From a virus: a DNA stretch of 64,000 nucleotides. The notes beneath the pieces are model-generated. The model searched no databases and was not told where the DNA came from. It saw only the letters and a list, made by a program, of their open reading frames with translations. This document shows positions 55,791-64,000 of the stretch, one piece after another. The position numbers were made by a program, and so were the translations under genes. Location of the stretch: the IMG/VR virus record IMGVR_UViG_3300048815_000026, positions 5,311-69,310 of that record, one strand, 5' to 3'. Position 1 is the stretch's first letter, and each line of letters begins with the position of its first letter.

Positions 55791-56329
55791 GCTGCCGCTC
55801 TCCTTAACCACCCCGCCTTGTAAACCTCTAGGCCAGGATTCCGCTCGATTAGCGCTTCATAGTAGTTCTCCGCCTCGGTGCGCAAATTCTCCAGCACCTG
55901 CGCCGGCTCCGCCAGGTCCAGCGCATGCAAGGTCAGCGGACCAATCCGCCCATCGCCCACCACGCACAGCGCGTCCTGCAGCATCCGCGCCCCGTTCGTC
56001 ACTCCAACATTCACGCCCAGAGACAACAGCTTGTTGGCAATCTCCTGGTTGGCAATCTCCGCAATGCACAGCGGCTGCGCGTAACTCACGTCATAAATCG
56101 AGCGCGCAATCTGCAACGCCGCCAGGGTGCCCCATCCTTTGCGTTCTTGGCAAAGGGTGGGCACCTGGCCCATCGAACTGTAATAGAGACAGTTCGTCAG
56201 CTCCGGATGAAAATGCTCGTCGATCCCGAACCTGGTCCGCTTGCCATCCGGCGCCGTCGTCACCACCCCCGAGAGCGTCGAATCTTCCCACCCCAGCACG
56301 TAATCGATCGCCGCGTTTACGTCAGCCAT
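55787..56329 (-). CDS. endolysin, GH108 family with PG-binding domain
   Basis: WE..TRFGI..GVNVG..LQDAL..DGRIGPLT..GWLRRA. Confidence 0.85.
   Translation of the reverse strand: MADVNAAIDYVLGWEDSTLSGVVTTAPDGKRTRFGIDEHFHPELTNCLYYSSMGQVPTLCQERKGWGTLAALQIARSIYDVSYAQPLCIAEIANQEIANKLLSLGVNVGVTNGARMLQDALCVVGDGRIGPLTLHALDLAEPAQVLENLRTEAENYYEALIERNPGLEVYKAGWLRRAAA
56122..56168. repeat. REP-like palindrome inserted in endolysin
   Basis: CCAGGGTGCCCCATCCTTTGC-GTTCTTG-GCAAAGGGTGGGCACCTGG. Confidence 0.7.
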
Positions 56330-56332
56330 GCA

Positions 56333-56818
56333 TCAGTGCCCCACACCGCTATGCTTCGCCAACAGGTTGGCCAGAATCGTGATAATTGCCGCCCCACCAG
56401 CTCCGCCAATAAACCCGGTTACCGCGCTCATCAGTTCCCGCCGCCCTTTCGACTGCTGCCGGGACTCCTTCAGTTCGTCCAAGGTGGTCTCCATCTTCTC
56501 CAGCCGCACATCCAGGTTCTTGCCCTTGTTCTGGTAATCACCCTTCTGCAGCTCCTCCACCGCTTTGAGAATGTCGTCCAGCCGCCGGTTGATCCGGGGG
56601 ATCTCAATCTCCACCTGCGGCAACCTCCCGTGTGGGCCATCCAGTCCCAGCTCCCGGCGAAGCAATGCCAGCTGCTGGCCGGTCTCCCGGCCCTGGGTGG
56701 AAATCTCTTTTACTTCGCTGGATAGCGCTCTCAGTTGCATCAAAATGTCTGCATTCGTCGCTGCCACTAGGCCCCCAATCACATAGCGTTTCCGAAACGT
56801 TTCCATGGAGAATCGCAC
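56333..56818 (-). CDS. coiled-coil protein with C-terminal TM segment
   Basis: Upstream of endolysin; start uncertain. Confidence 0.65.
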   Translation of the reverse strand: MRFSMETFRKRYVIGGLVAATNADILMQLRALSSEVKEISTQGRETGQQLALLRRELGLDGPHGRLPQVEIEIPRINRRLDDILKAVEELQKGDYQNKGKNLDVRLEKMETTLDELKESRQQSKGRRELMSAVTGFIGGAGGAAIITILANLLAKHSGVGH

Positions 56819-56843
56819 CTCTCCACGAGTATGAAGGCTTTGC

Positions 56844-59800
56844 TCAAAACTTCACCGTCCCCGAGAACGACACCGGCCCGCTGATCGTGATCTGGTACAC
56901 CCCCGAGGGCACCGCCACCACCGTCAGCGGCAGATTGGGGCTGGTGAAGGTACCCGCATGCGCCGTCAAATTCGTGGTCCCCGCCGCCACCCCCGTGACC
57001 AGGCCCGTCGTCGCGTTCACCGTCGCGTGCCCCGTGCTCGAGCTGGCATACGTCCCCGCCACGTTGCCATGGCTGTCTGTCGTCGTGCAGTTGGTGGTCG
57101 AGCTATCCGAGTAACTGCAGGTGGCAATCAGCTGGTTGGTGGACCCCACAAACAGCCCCGTCACCCCGCCCGTGGTCGCAAGCGAAACCCCGGTTAAGGT
57201 CACCGTCGGCGCGCTCACCGTAAGGTCCCACTGGTTCAGCCCCACCGTCCCCACGTAGGCCTTGATGTACGGCGTTCCCGCCGCAACCGCGCTCGCCAGC
57301 CCTGGATTCGCCGATCCCACCGCGCCAATCGTCACCGACCCTGTATTCGAACTCGTCCAGCTGGTGACCGCGTTGCCGTAAATATCGGCCACACTGCAAT
57401 TCGTAGTGGTCGAATTCGAGTAGTTGCAGTAGGCCGAGAACTGCAGCGTCCCCCCCACCACCATGGTGTTGGCGCTCCCCGGAGTCCCCAGGTACCCACC
57501 GGTCAGCGTGGGCGGTGCCGCCGTCACCGTGATGGTCAGCGCAGGACTCGAGGTGATCCCCGCCACCACCGCCGTCAAATTCGTCGAACCCGCGGCCACT
57601 CCGCTCACCAGGCCGCTGCTGCTCACCGTGGCAATCGTCGTTGCGGTACTCGTCCAGGCCGTGACCTTATTGCCGTGCGAGTCCGTCGTCGCGCAGCTGG
57701 TGGTTGAGCTATCCGAATAGTGGCAGGTAGCGACCAACTGGTTAGTACCGCCCACGACCAGAGTTGTGATCCCACCCGTGGTGGCGAGAGAGACCGAACT
57801 CAGCGTCACGCTGGCCGCGGTAACACTGAGCGTGAAGGGGGGGCTGGTCACACCGGCAACGGTGGCCGTCAGGTTGGCCGAGCCGACCGCAACGCCCCCC
57901 GCCAGACCCGACGAGTTGAGGCTCACGATACCGGCGTTGCTGGTGTTCCAGTTGGAGACAGAATTGCCATACGCATCGGGCGTATTGCAGCCCGTCGTCG
58001 TGCCATTCGCGTAGTGGCAGGCGGCATTTATCTGCACGCTGGTGCCCACCTGGATTGAGGTTACAGGGCCCGCTGCCGTCAGGCTTACGCTGTTGAGCGT
58101 CGGCGGGCTGCCGGCTGTGTAGGTCGCCGAGACCACCGCGCTTGGCCCGTAGCCGTACCCGGAAGCGTACGAGGAGGGCTGATTCTGCGCCCCCCACATG
58201 CCCACTGCTTTTACCGTGGTGGTGGTGGAGACGGCGATCGTCCCTCCGCTCGCGATGTACCTCGCGGTCCCCGAGCCAGGCACAGGAGTCGATCCATCCG
58301 TCGTGTACCAGATGCCGGTGTTCGTGTCTCGGTTGGTGCCTGAGTTGGTGAAGGTCACCGTCTGCGAGGTCGTGAAGCTTCCGCTCGCCGGTGAGATCGT
58401 TGGGGCGATGCTGGTCTGCGTCGAACCATTGAAAAAATCACACTGGTTGCCGCTGCCGCTGGGGGTGTTGGCTGGGCCATCCTCCACGCCCCACCAGCCA
58501 AAGGCCCCCGCATAGCCGGGGTAGCAGTCGGCCGGAGTGTTGTTCCCGCCCGCCCCAAAGGAGCTCTGGATGTGATTGTTGCTGTCGGAGAAGGCCCCGT
58601 CCTGGGCGAGCATCATAGAGTTGGACCACTCGCCCTGCACCAGGTTGTAGTTGGCAGTTGTGCCTGTCGAGCCCCACTGCTCAATCCCATCTCCGTAATA
58701 GCAGTTGGCTGAACAGGGCGTGGCCAGTGCCGTATTGGCCATGAGAACGTTGTAATCAGTGTTTGTTACACAACCAGAGGAGGAGGGATTATTGTTACTG
58801 CATCCATTCGCGACGGAAAGTCCAAAAGTGCCCGCTTCCGGGAAAAAGGGGTCATGGATGGAGTTGTATCGAACCTGCATGTTGGTGGTGCTTCCGGGGT
58901 AAAGGTTCGCTTGCGTTTCAAAGCTGATGCGGTGGATGTTCGACCAGTCGTTATACTCGATGACACAGTTGAGACACTTGCCCTGGCTTTCGAAAACCTT
59001 TAGCCCCTCCTCTTGGTAGTAAGTGTCATTGTTCTCGAAAGTGAAGCCGTTCATCCCGGTGTGGACCCCGGTCCCATTGCAGAAGCCGCCATTGCCGCCA
59101 AAGCCGGGATAGGTGATATTGCTCATGATGTTCGAGCAGTCGCCGGTCGCGCCCAGCCGGTTCCAGGTCACCACGATATTCGAGTCTGGAGTTGCGCTTG
59201 AATTGCCGTCGAAATAGATCAGCCCATCGTAGGTGTTGGTGCTGGCCGTGCCCCCCTGGTTCCCGTGCGCGTAGTCATATTTGACGGTGTAGTTGCTGAC
59301 GTTCGAACCCACATAGAGACACTGCCCTCCGTCTGGGGACGGATGGTTCATGTTGCATTCCAGGTTCTCAAAGCTTGCCGCCGCGGAGCAGTTAGGCCCG
59401 TAACTAAACTCCGGGCTGCTGTTCGCCCCCGACCAGTTGACAGTTGCGGATGGCGTGTAGACAACCGGCCCCGAAGTGGAAGGCGTCAACGCCGGACCCG
59501 CAACCGATACGCCGCAGGGGATGCTCAGCGTTGCGTTAACCGAAAATGTTCCCGCTGGAAACTCAGCCGTGCCTCCCGCGGAGCAGCTGTTGATCGCCGC
59601 CTGGATCTGCGAGGTGGTCATGCCGGTCGTGATCGGTGTCCCACATGCCGGGGTGATGGTGTATGTGCCCGCCACCAGCGTGCTCATGGGACCGGCGCCC
59701 GTGGGACTGGTATTCGCAGGCCCAAACGCTACAATGTTTGACCCGGCAACCGCATAGAGGGTCGTGGAGCTGGCAATGGACACCGGCCCCGTGTAGAGCG

Positions 59801-61004
59801 TGCCATTGACGCACCCCCCGGCCTGATCCGGCCAAGGATAAAGCGCGGGCGGCGAGGCAGACAGCGCGTAGCAGATATAACTATTGGGAGTAGTCGAAGT
59901 CGTCAGAGAGACAGACTGGGTCCCGGTATATGTTCCTGGTGCCTCAGAATAGACCGGGCTGGCGACGGAAACCGTCCCGTTGTTATAGGTTGATCCCGCG
60001 TTCCAAGCTGTATACGACGGGGTGCCGGTAGGGGTGTTGATCGTATAGCTCCAATTTCCCACTAGCAGGTCGTAAGCCGATGATTCTCCAGTACTCTCGA
60101 TGATTTCGAGGCTACCGGACGTTCCTCCGACGATGGTCGGGATGAGCACGTTCGTCCAAGTATGCTGAAAATACGTGCCTGTTCCAGACGTTCCCGATGA
60201 GCAGGAGCCATTGGCTGCCGTGACATCGTAAAGACAGAGACTGAAATTGCTGCCATCGTAAGTGACCGTCGCGGAATAAGTATGCTGCGTGCTTGTCCCC
60301 GCCGACGTCGCCGGAGAATTCAGCGCCACAGGGGAGGTACTTATTTTGTTGGTCGGGTAATAGGTATAGTTGCCGCTGTTGCTCGACACTGGAAGAAATG
60401 GGGGCTGCAACGATTCTGCATCATAAAGCTGCACAGAGGAATAAGTGAAAGACCCGGCGCTCTGCGTCAGAGGGTTGTACTGATCGAACATCAAAGCGAT
60501 CGTTTTGTTGGGGTAAGAGTAAGTACTACAGGTTGATCCGCACTCGCCTTGATAGAAGCCGCCTTCCGCGCTCGCTCCCGCTGGAAGACCAGGATTTGAG
60601 TTATCCCAAACAAGAGAGATGTACTGGCCGTTGGGAACAAAGGTCACCACCTCAGTAAATGCCTGGACATTCACCGTTGTTGGATTTGAGCCCGTGTTGC
60701 CCATATACGCGAAGCTCATGCCGGTGTGGGTAGACCCAAGGGGGGCGATATTCACCCAGGGGCTGTCAAGATACGGAGTCGAACCGTTCGTTGTGCCCCG
60801 CGCATAAGCAAATGCCGATCCAGCCCCAAAAATGGTGTAACAGGTTCCCGTGTTTCCTATGCCTGAGGCCGCTACCCATGCGGTGCCGCCCGGCCCGCAA
60901 TTAAACACGTTCTGGGCCTGAGCGCGGCTGATCGCCAACCCGGACCCGAAGACCGCCAGCAGCAGAACTAGCCAGTCGAGAGGGTTCTTCCCGTTGAATT
61001 TCAT
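56844..61004 (-). CDS. large secreted lectin/beta-helix/Ig-like repeat protein
   Basis: AQAQ signal; YTTDGSTP FN3-associated modules; four C-terminal Ig (Big_2-like) repeats. Confidence 0.8.
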   Translation of the reverse strand: MKFNGKNPLDWLVLLLAVFGSGLAISRAQAQNVFNCGPGGTAWVAASGIGNTGTCYTIFGAGSAFAYARGTTNGSTPYLDSPWVNIAPLGSTHTGMSFAYMGNTGSNPTTVNVQAFTEVVTFVPNGQYISLVWDNSNPGLPAGASAEGGFYQGECGSTCSTYSYPNKTIALMFDQYNPLTQSAGSFTYSSVQLYDAESLQPPFLPVSSNSGNYTYYPTNKISTSPVALNSPATSAGTSTQHTYSATVTYDGSNFSLCLYDVTAANGSCSSGTSGTGTYFQHTWTNVLIPTIVGGTSGSLEIIESTGESSAYDLLVGNWSYTINTPTGTPSYTAWNAGSTYNNGTVSVASPVYSEAPGTYTGTQSVSLTTSTTPNSYICYALSASPPALYPWPDQAGGCVNGTLYTGPVSIASSTTLYAVAGSNIVAFGPANTSPTGAGPMSTLVAGTYTITPACGTPITTGMTTSQIQAAINSCSAGGTAEFPAGTFSVNATLSIPCGVSVAGPALTPSTSGPVVYTPSATVNWSGANSSPEFSYGPNCSAAASFENLECNMNHPSPDGGQCLYVGSNVSNYTVKYDYAHGNQGGTASTNTYDGLIYFDGNSSATPDSNIVVTWNRLGATGDCSNIMSNITYPGFGGNGGFCNGTGVHTGMNGFTFENNDTYYQEEGLKVFESQGKCLNCVIEYNDWSNIHRISFETQANLYPGSTTNMQVRYNSIHDPFFPEAGTFGLSVANGCSNNNPSSSGCVTNTDYNVLMANTALATPCSANCYYGDGIEQWGSTGTTANYNLVQGEWSNSMMLAQDGAFSDSNNHIQSSFGAGGNNTPADCYPGYAGAFGWWGVEDGPANTPSGSGNQCDFFNGSTQTSIAPTISPASGSFTTSQTVTFTNSGTNRDTNTGIWYTTDGSTPVPGSGTARYIASGGTIAVSTTTTVKAVGMWGAQNQPSSYASGYGYGPSAVVSATYTAGSPPTLNSVSLTAAGPVTSIQVGTSVQINAACHYANGTTTGCNTPDAYGNSVSNWNTSNAGIVSLNSSGLAGGVAVGSANLTATVAGVTSPPFTLSVTAASVTLSSVSLATTGGITTLVVGGTNQLVATCHYSDSSTTSCATTDSHGNKVTAWTSTATTIATVSSSGLVSGVAAGSTNLTAVVAGITSSPALTITVTAAPPTLTGGYLGTPGSANTMVVGGTLQFSAYCNYSNSTTTNCSVADIYGNAVTSWTSSNTGSVTIGAVGSANPGLASAVAAGTPYIKAYVGTVGLNQWDLTVSAPTVTLTGVSLATTGGVTGLFVGSTNQLIATCSYSDSSTTNCTTTDSHGNVAGTYASSSTGHATVNATTGLVTGVAAGTTNLTAHAGTFTSPNLPLTVVAVPSGVYQITISGPVSFSGTVKF

Positions 61005-64000
61005 GGGATGGTCACCGCCGTCCAGGTAGTCCCGGCGCAGGAATAGACCGACGTGCTTGCTCCGCCGTCCTGCCGCAACCAGAGCGAGCCGGAACCCACG
61101 GGCGCAGTCCCGCAAGTGCTTGTCGGCGCCCCGGTGCCGCTGCAAATTTGCGTTGCTCCCAGCCCGATGCACGGGTTCCCCGTCCCGGCAATCGAGAGGT
61201 GCGGATTGGAGCCGTTCGAACTGGGCGGTGCTCCCGCGCTGGCCGAGCCGTCGAAGTCATAGATTCCGAAGCCGGGTCCGGTCCCGCTCCCGATCAGGCC
61301 TTGATTCTGCCCTCCCACCGTGCGGTAAATCTGGTAAGTGTCCACCCCCGCGGTCCAGGGGCAGCCGATCTCGAAGAACTGCGGAAACGCCCAGGTGGCT
61401 GGGGCATTGGTGACCGTGGCCGTGGTGCCGTTGATCAGATTGCCGTCGAAGTCCGTCCCCGAACACACCCAGCTCACGGTGGACGAACCGGTACTGGCAA
61501 AATTGGCGATGTACGCTGCCCCGATTGTAGGCGTGGTGATCACGTTTAGGCTGCCCGCATGGCCTCCGCCCAGCGTCATGGGCGAATAAGCGGTGTTGGG
61601 TCCAGTCGTCTGCCACAAGTAACCCGAGTTGGTGACCGCGGGCTGATTGGGCATGACGCCGAAGGTCGTGGTCCCCTGAAGAGCGTTGAAGCTGCTGGTG
61701 TTCAGCTGATGGATGCCGCCGCCGGTGTCGACCCAGGTCTCATTGTTTTGGCTGTTGATGCTGAACACGCTCGCGCCGCCGTGGTTGAACGGTGTCGGGT
61801 TATTGATTCCCAGCACGGGTGCTTCAGAGCCGCCATACGCGATCACATCCGAAGGTGTCTGTTGAATGCTGCCCAGCACCAGGTTGATCGAGATCGCCGC
61901 GGTCCCGCTATTGTGCGTAGTGGCGGTGGTGGTATAGGCCCCGCGCATCAGCCCGGTCAGCGAGTTCCCGCTGATCGAGGCGTAACACTCGTATTCACTA
62001 TCCACGTAAAAGCAACCCGAGGGAGAAAGCCCCGATGTCGAGGAGAGGGCAATGGTGGTATCGGTCGTCCCCTGGTTCGCCGTGAGCGTCGTGGACCAGC
62101 CCTTGGTGGGGCAAGTGTAACCGCCGTTGATGCCGGTCACCGGCGATTGGATGCAGCCGTTGCCGGTCCCCCCGGTCGAGCCCGGGGGAAGGTTGAGGGT
62201 GGTGACGTTGATGATCTGCGCGTTTAGCTGCTGGGCGACCGGCGCGAAGTCCACATACCCCACCTGGATCTGGTCGGCCGTCGTCGCTCCCCAGAACTTG
62301 AATCCGAGCGTGCAGCCTGGTCCGGCTGCCGGCGTAAGGTCGATCGCTGTCGTGAACACCTGGGCCGCGGTGGAGGGCCAGGTGTTGGTGATCGGGATGT
62401 TGTAGCTTTCAGAGAAGCCGCCGCAGCCGGAGAACACGCTTAGGGTCTCCGTGTTCGTCGCCGTGGCGGCATCCTTCATCGAGATGTAAAGCGTGTATTT
62501 GCCGCCCACCAGGCGCTGGCCGGGTCCGATCGAAATGTTTTCCAGGTTAAATTGCGCGGTTGAGCAATAGACGGAGCCTGGATTATTTCCCACATTGCAC
62601 GCCGTGTAGGCATTGGTAATGGGTGAGGTCGAGTCGTAAGTCCAGCCTACCGACATGGCCTGCGCCTCAAAGGCAAAGCTTGAATTGAATTCTTCCGGCG
62701 TGATGAAGCCGCCTTCTGAGCTGGTGTAGGGCGCGGTCAGGTTGCCGGTGTTGAACGTCTCGCTGGTCTGCGCCCGGATGGGTTCGCGGCTGTTGCCCAC
62801 CTGCAGTGCGCCATAGGGGCCGGTTGGGCTGCTGAAGCGCTGTGACGTAGTTCCCGAGAACCTGTTGAGGGGCGCGAAGTTGATCAGCGAGTTCGTCCCG
62901 TAAATATTCCCTTTCGGTTCGCTCCCCAGGTTAGTGACAAAATCGGACGTGTTGCCCGACCCCCAGACGATGGTTGGGGTGGTAATCGCATTGTTGAAGT
63001 TGCCCCCGAACCAATGCTGCTGTGAGCCTCCGATGTAGACCTCGCCCCCGCCGCCCATATGCTGGTCTTCGATTTCTGAGTTCAGCGTGTCCCATTCCCA
63101 CTCCGGCATCTGCAACGCGTGCGCCCCGCCTTCAGGTTCGCAGTACATGTTCTTGAAGTGATCGAGCGAGCCGACATCGAGGTACCCGCCCGTCTGGTCG
63201 TTCCATTCCGCGCTGAAGTACATGCAGGTGTCGGCCCCGATGCCGCCCCCGGCCACAGTGCTTTCTTGTGAGTAGACGTTGAAATTCGCGTACGAGTTCT
63301 GGTTCCCCAGCGGGATGTTGACCGGGTTGGCCGCGTAGATGGTAATTCCATCCCAGTGTGTGCCATCGGCGGTCGGTTGGGATCTGCCATAGTTACCGTT
63401 TTCGATGGACGGTGGCCCGATGGCTATCCCGTAGAACAGATACAGCGTGTACAAATTGGAGAAGGTGGTCGCGTACGAAGGCGAGACCATGTAGATCATC
63501 GCAGTGTGGTTGACTTCTCCCCACGACTCTCCGTTGATCTCGTTCGGCCACTGGTAGAACGACAGGTTTTCGATCCTGGCGTTGGCGCTCCATGAGCCGG
63601 TAGCCCCGGACCCGGAGCTGATTCCGGTAGCGATCGGGAAGGCAAAGGCTGCGTTGCCCACGTTCCAGCCCGGGAAAAACCCTGCCGTCCCGCTGGGCGT
63701 GGTGTCGTTTGCATTGACAGTGGGCGTCACCGGCCAGGGATAGCTGGGCTTGAACTGGTTCAGCGGTACGACGGTTGCCCCAACTGAGTGTGCAGCCCTG
63801 GAAGTTCCATTCTGCGCACACTGGACGCCATAGAGCGTGTTCGCCGGGGTGGGGTTAGCGGCGTTTGACTTGCCGAAATAAGTGAACTGTTCACCATCGA
63901 TCTGCACCATCCCGAAGGGAGCGACGTTCGATTCGTAGTAAGGCACAGGGTTGATGGAATTGGCCAGCGTGATGCTCGAGGGGCACGAGCTGGCACTGAT
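61001..64000 (-). CDS. tail fibre/receptor-binding-like protein (5' end outside window)
   Basis: Frame open to 64000; IDGEQFTY..RAAH and GSLWLRQDGG fibre motifs. Confidence 0.7.
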   Translation of the reverse strand: MSASSCPSSITLANSINPVPYYESNVAPFGMVQIDGEQFTYFGKSNAANPTPANTLYGVQCAQNGTSRAAHSVGATVVPLNQFKPSYPWPVTPTVNANDTTPSGTAGFFPGWNVGNAAFAFPIATGISSGSGATGSWSANARIENLSFYQWPNEINGESWGEVNHTAMIYMVSPSYATTFSNLYTLYLFYGIAIGPPSIENGNYGRSQPTADGTHWDGITIYAANPVNIPLGNQNSYANFNVYSQESTVAGGGIGADTCMYFSAEWNDQTGGYLDVGSLDHFKNMYCEPEGGAHALQMPEWEWDTLNSEIEDQHMGGGGEVYIGGSQQHWFGGNFNNAITTPTIVWGSGNTSDFVTNLGSEPKGNIYGTNSLINFAPLNRFSGTTSQRFSSPTGPYGALQVGNSREPIRAQTSETFNTGNLTAPYTSSEGGFITPEEFNSSFAFEAQAMSVGWTYDSTSPITNAYTACNVGNNPGSVYCSTAQFNLENISIGPGQRLVGGKYTLYISMKDAATATNTETLSVFSGCGGFSESYNIPITNTWPSTAAQVFTTAIDLTPAAGPGCTLGFKFWGATTADQIQVGYVDFAPVAQQLNAQIINVTTLNLPPGSTGGTGNGCIQSPVTGINGGYTCPTKGWSTTLTANQGTTDTTIALSSTSGLSPSGCFYVDSEYECYASISGNSLTGLMRGAYTTTATTHNSGTAAISINLVLGSIQQTPSDVIAYGGSEAPVLGINNPTPFNHGGASVFSINSQNNETWVDTGGGIHQLNTSSFNALQGTTTFGVMPNQPAVTNSGYLWQTTGPNTAYSPMTLGGGHAGSLNVITTPTIGAAYIANFASTGSSTVSWVCSGTDFDGNLINGTTATVTNAPATWAFPQFFEIGCPWTAGVDTYQIYRTVGGQNQGLIGSGTGPGFGIYDFDGSASAGAPPSSNGSNPHLSIAGTGNPCIGLGATQICSGTGAPTSTCGTAPVGSGSLWLRQDGGASTSVYSCAGTTWTAVTIP

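Noticed and set aside
56900-58100. ~300-bp degenerate repeats as possible DGR template/variable repeats
   Set aside because: They are tandem Ig-like domains within one ORF; no reverse transcriptase and no adenine-specific differences seen
1-64000. tRNA or rRNA genes
   Set aside because: No cloverleaf with a T-loop GTTCGA context or rRNA-like segment recognised by eye; tRNAscan was not run

Overview
The whole window reads as one GC-rich tailed-phage (or prophage) genome segment with a podovirus-like layout: portal, scaffold, major capsid, adaptor/nozzle and ejection proteins, and no tape measure gene. The host is probably an Acidobacteriota member, inferred from host-like REP hairpins, a receiver-domain homologue and secreted beta-propeller/Ig proteins. 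Layout: 1-3.3 kb mostly leftward replication genes; 3.4-21.1 kb rightward early genes (RecT, exonuclease, two methyltransferases, homing endonucleases, GH13 amylase, secreted propeller); 21-64 kb leftward late genes (terminase, ejection, tail, head, lysis, signal-peptide fibre-like proteins). The key find is a 30-unit GGY-NN pentamer array at 23143-23295 ending in a terminator hairpin. Its variable dinucleotides, read as a gapped NN-x code, match codon positions 1-2 of two phage genes: 22/22 nt in the core at 28530-28562, and a diverged match at the terS start. This suggests a non-contiguous, wobble-skipping guide RNA whose effector gene appears reduced to a 15-codon remnant. All product calls come from motif recognition by eye; no database searches were run.
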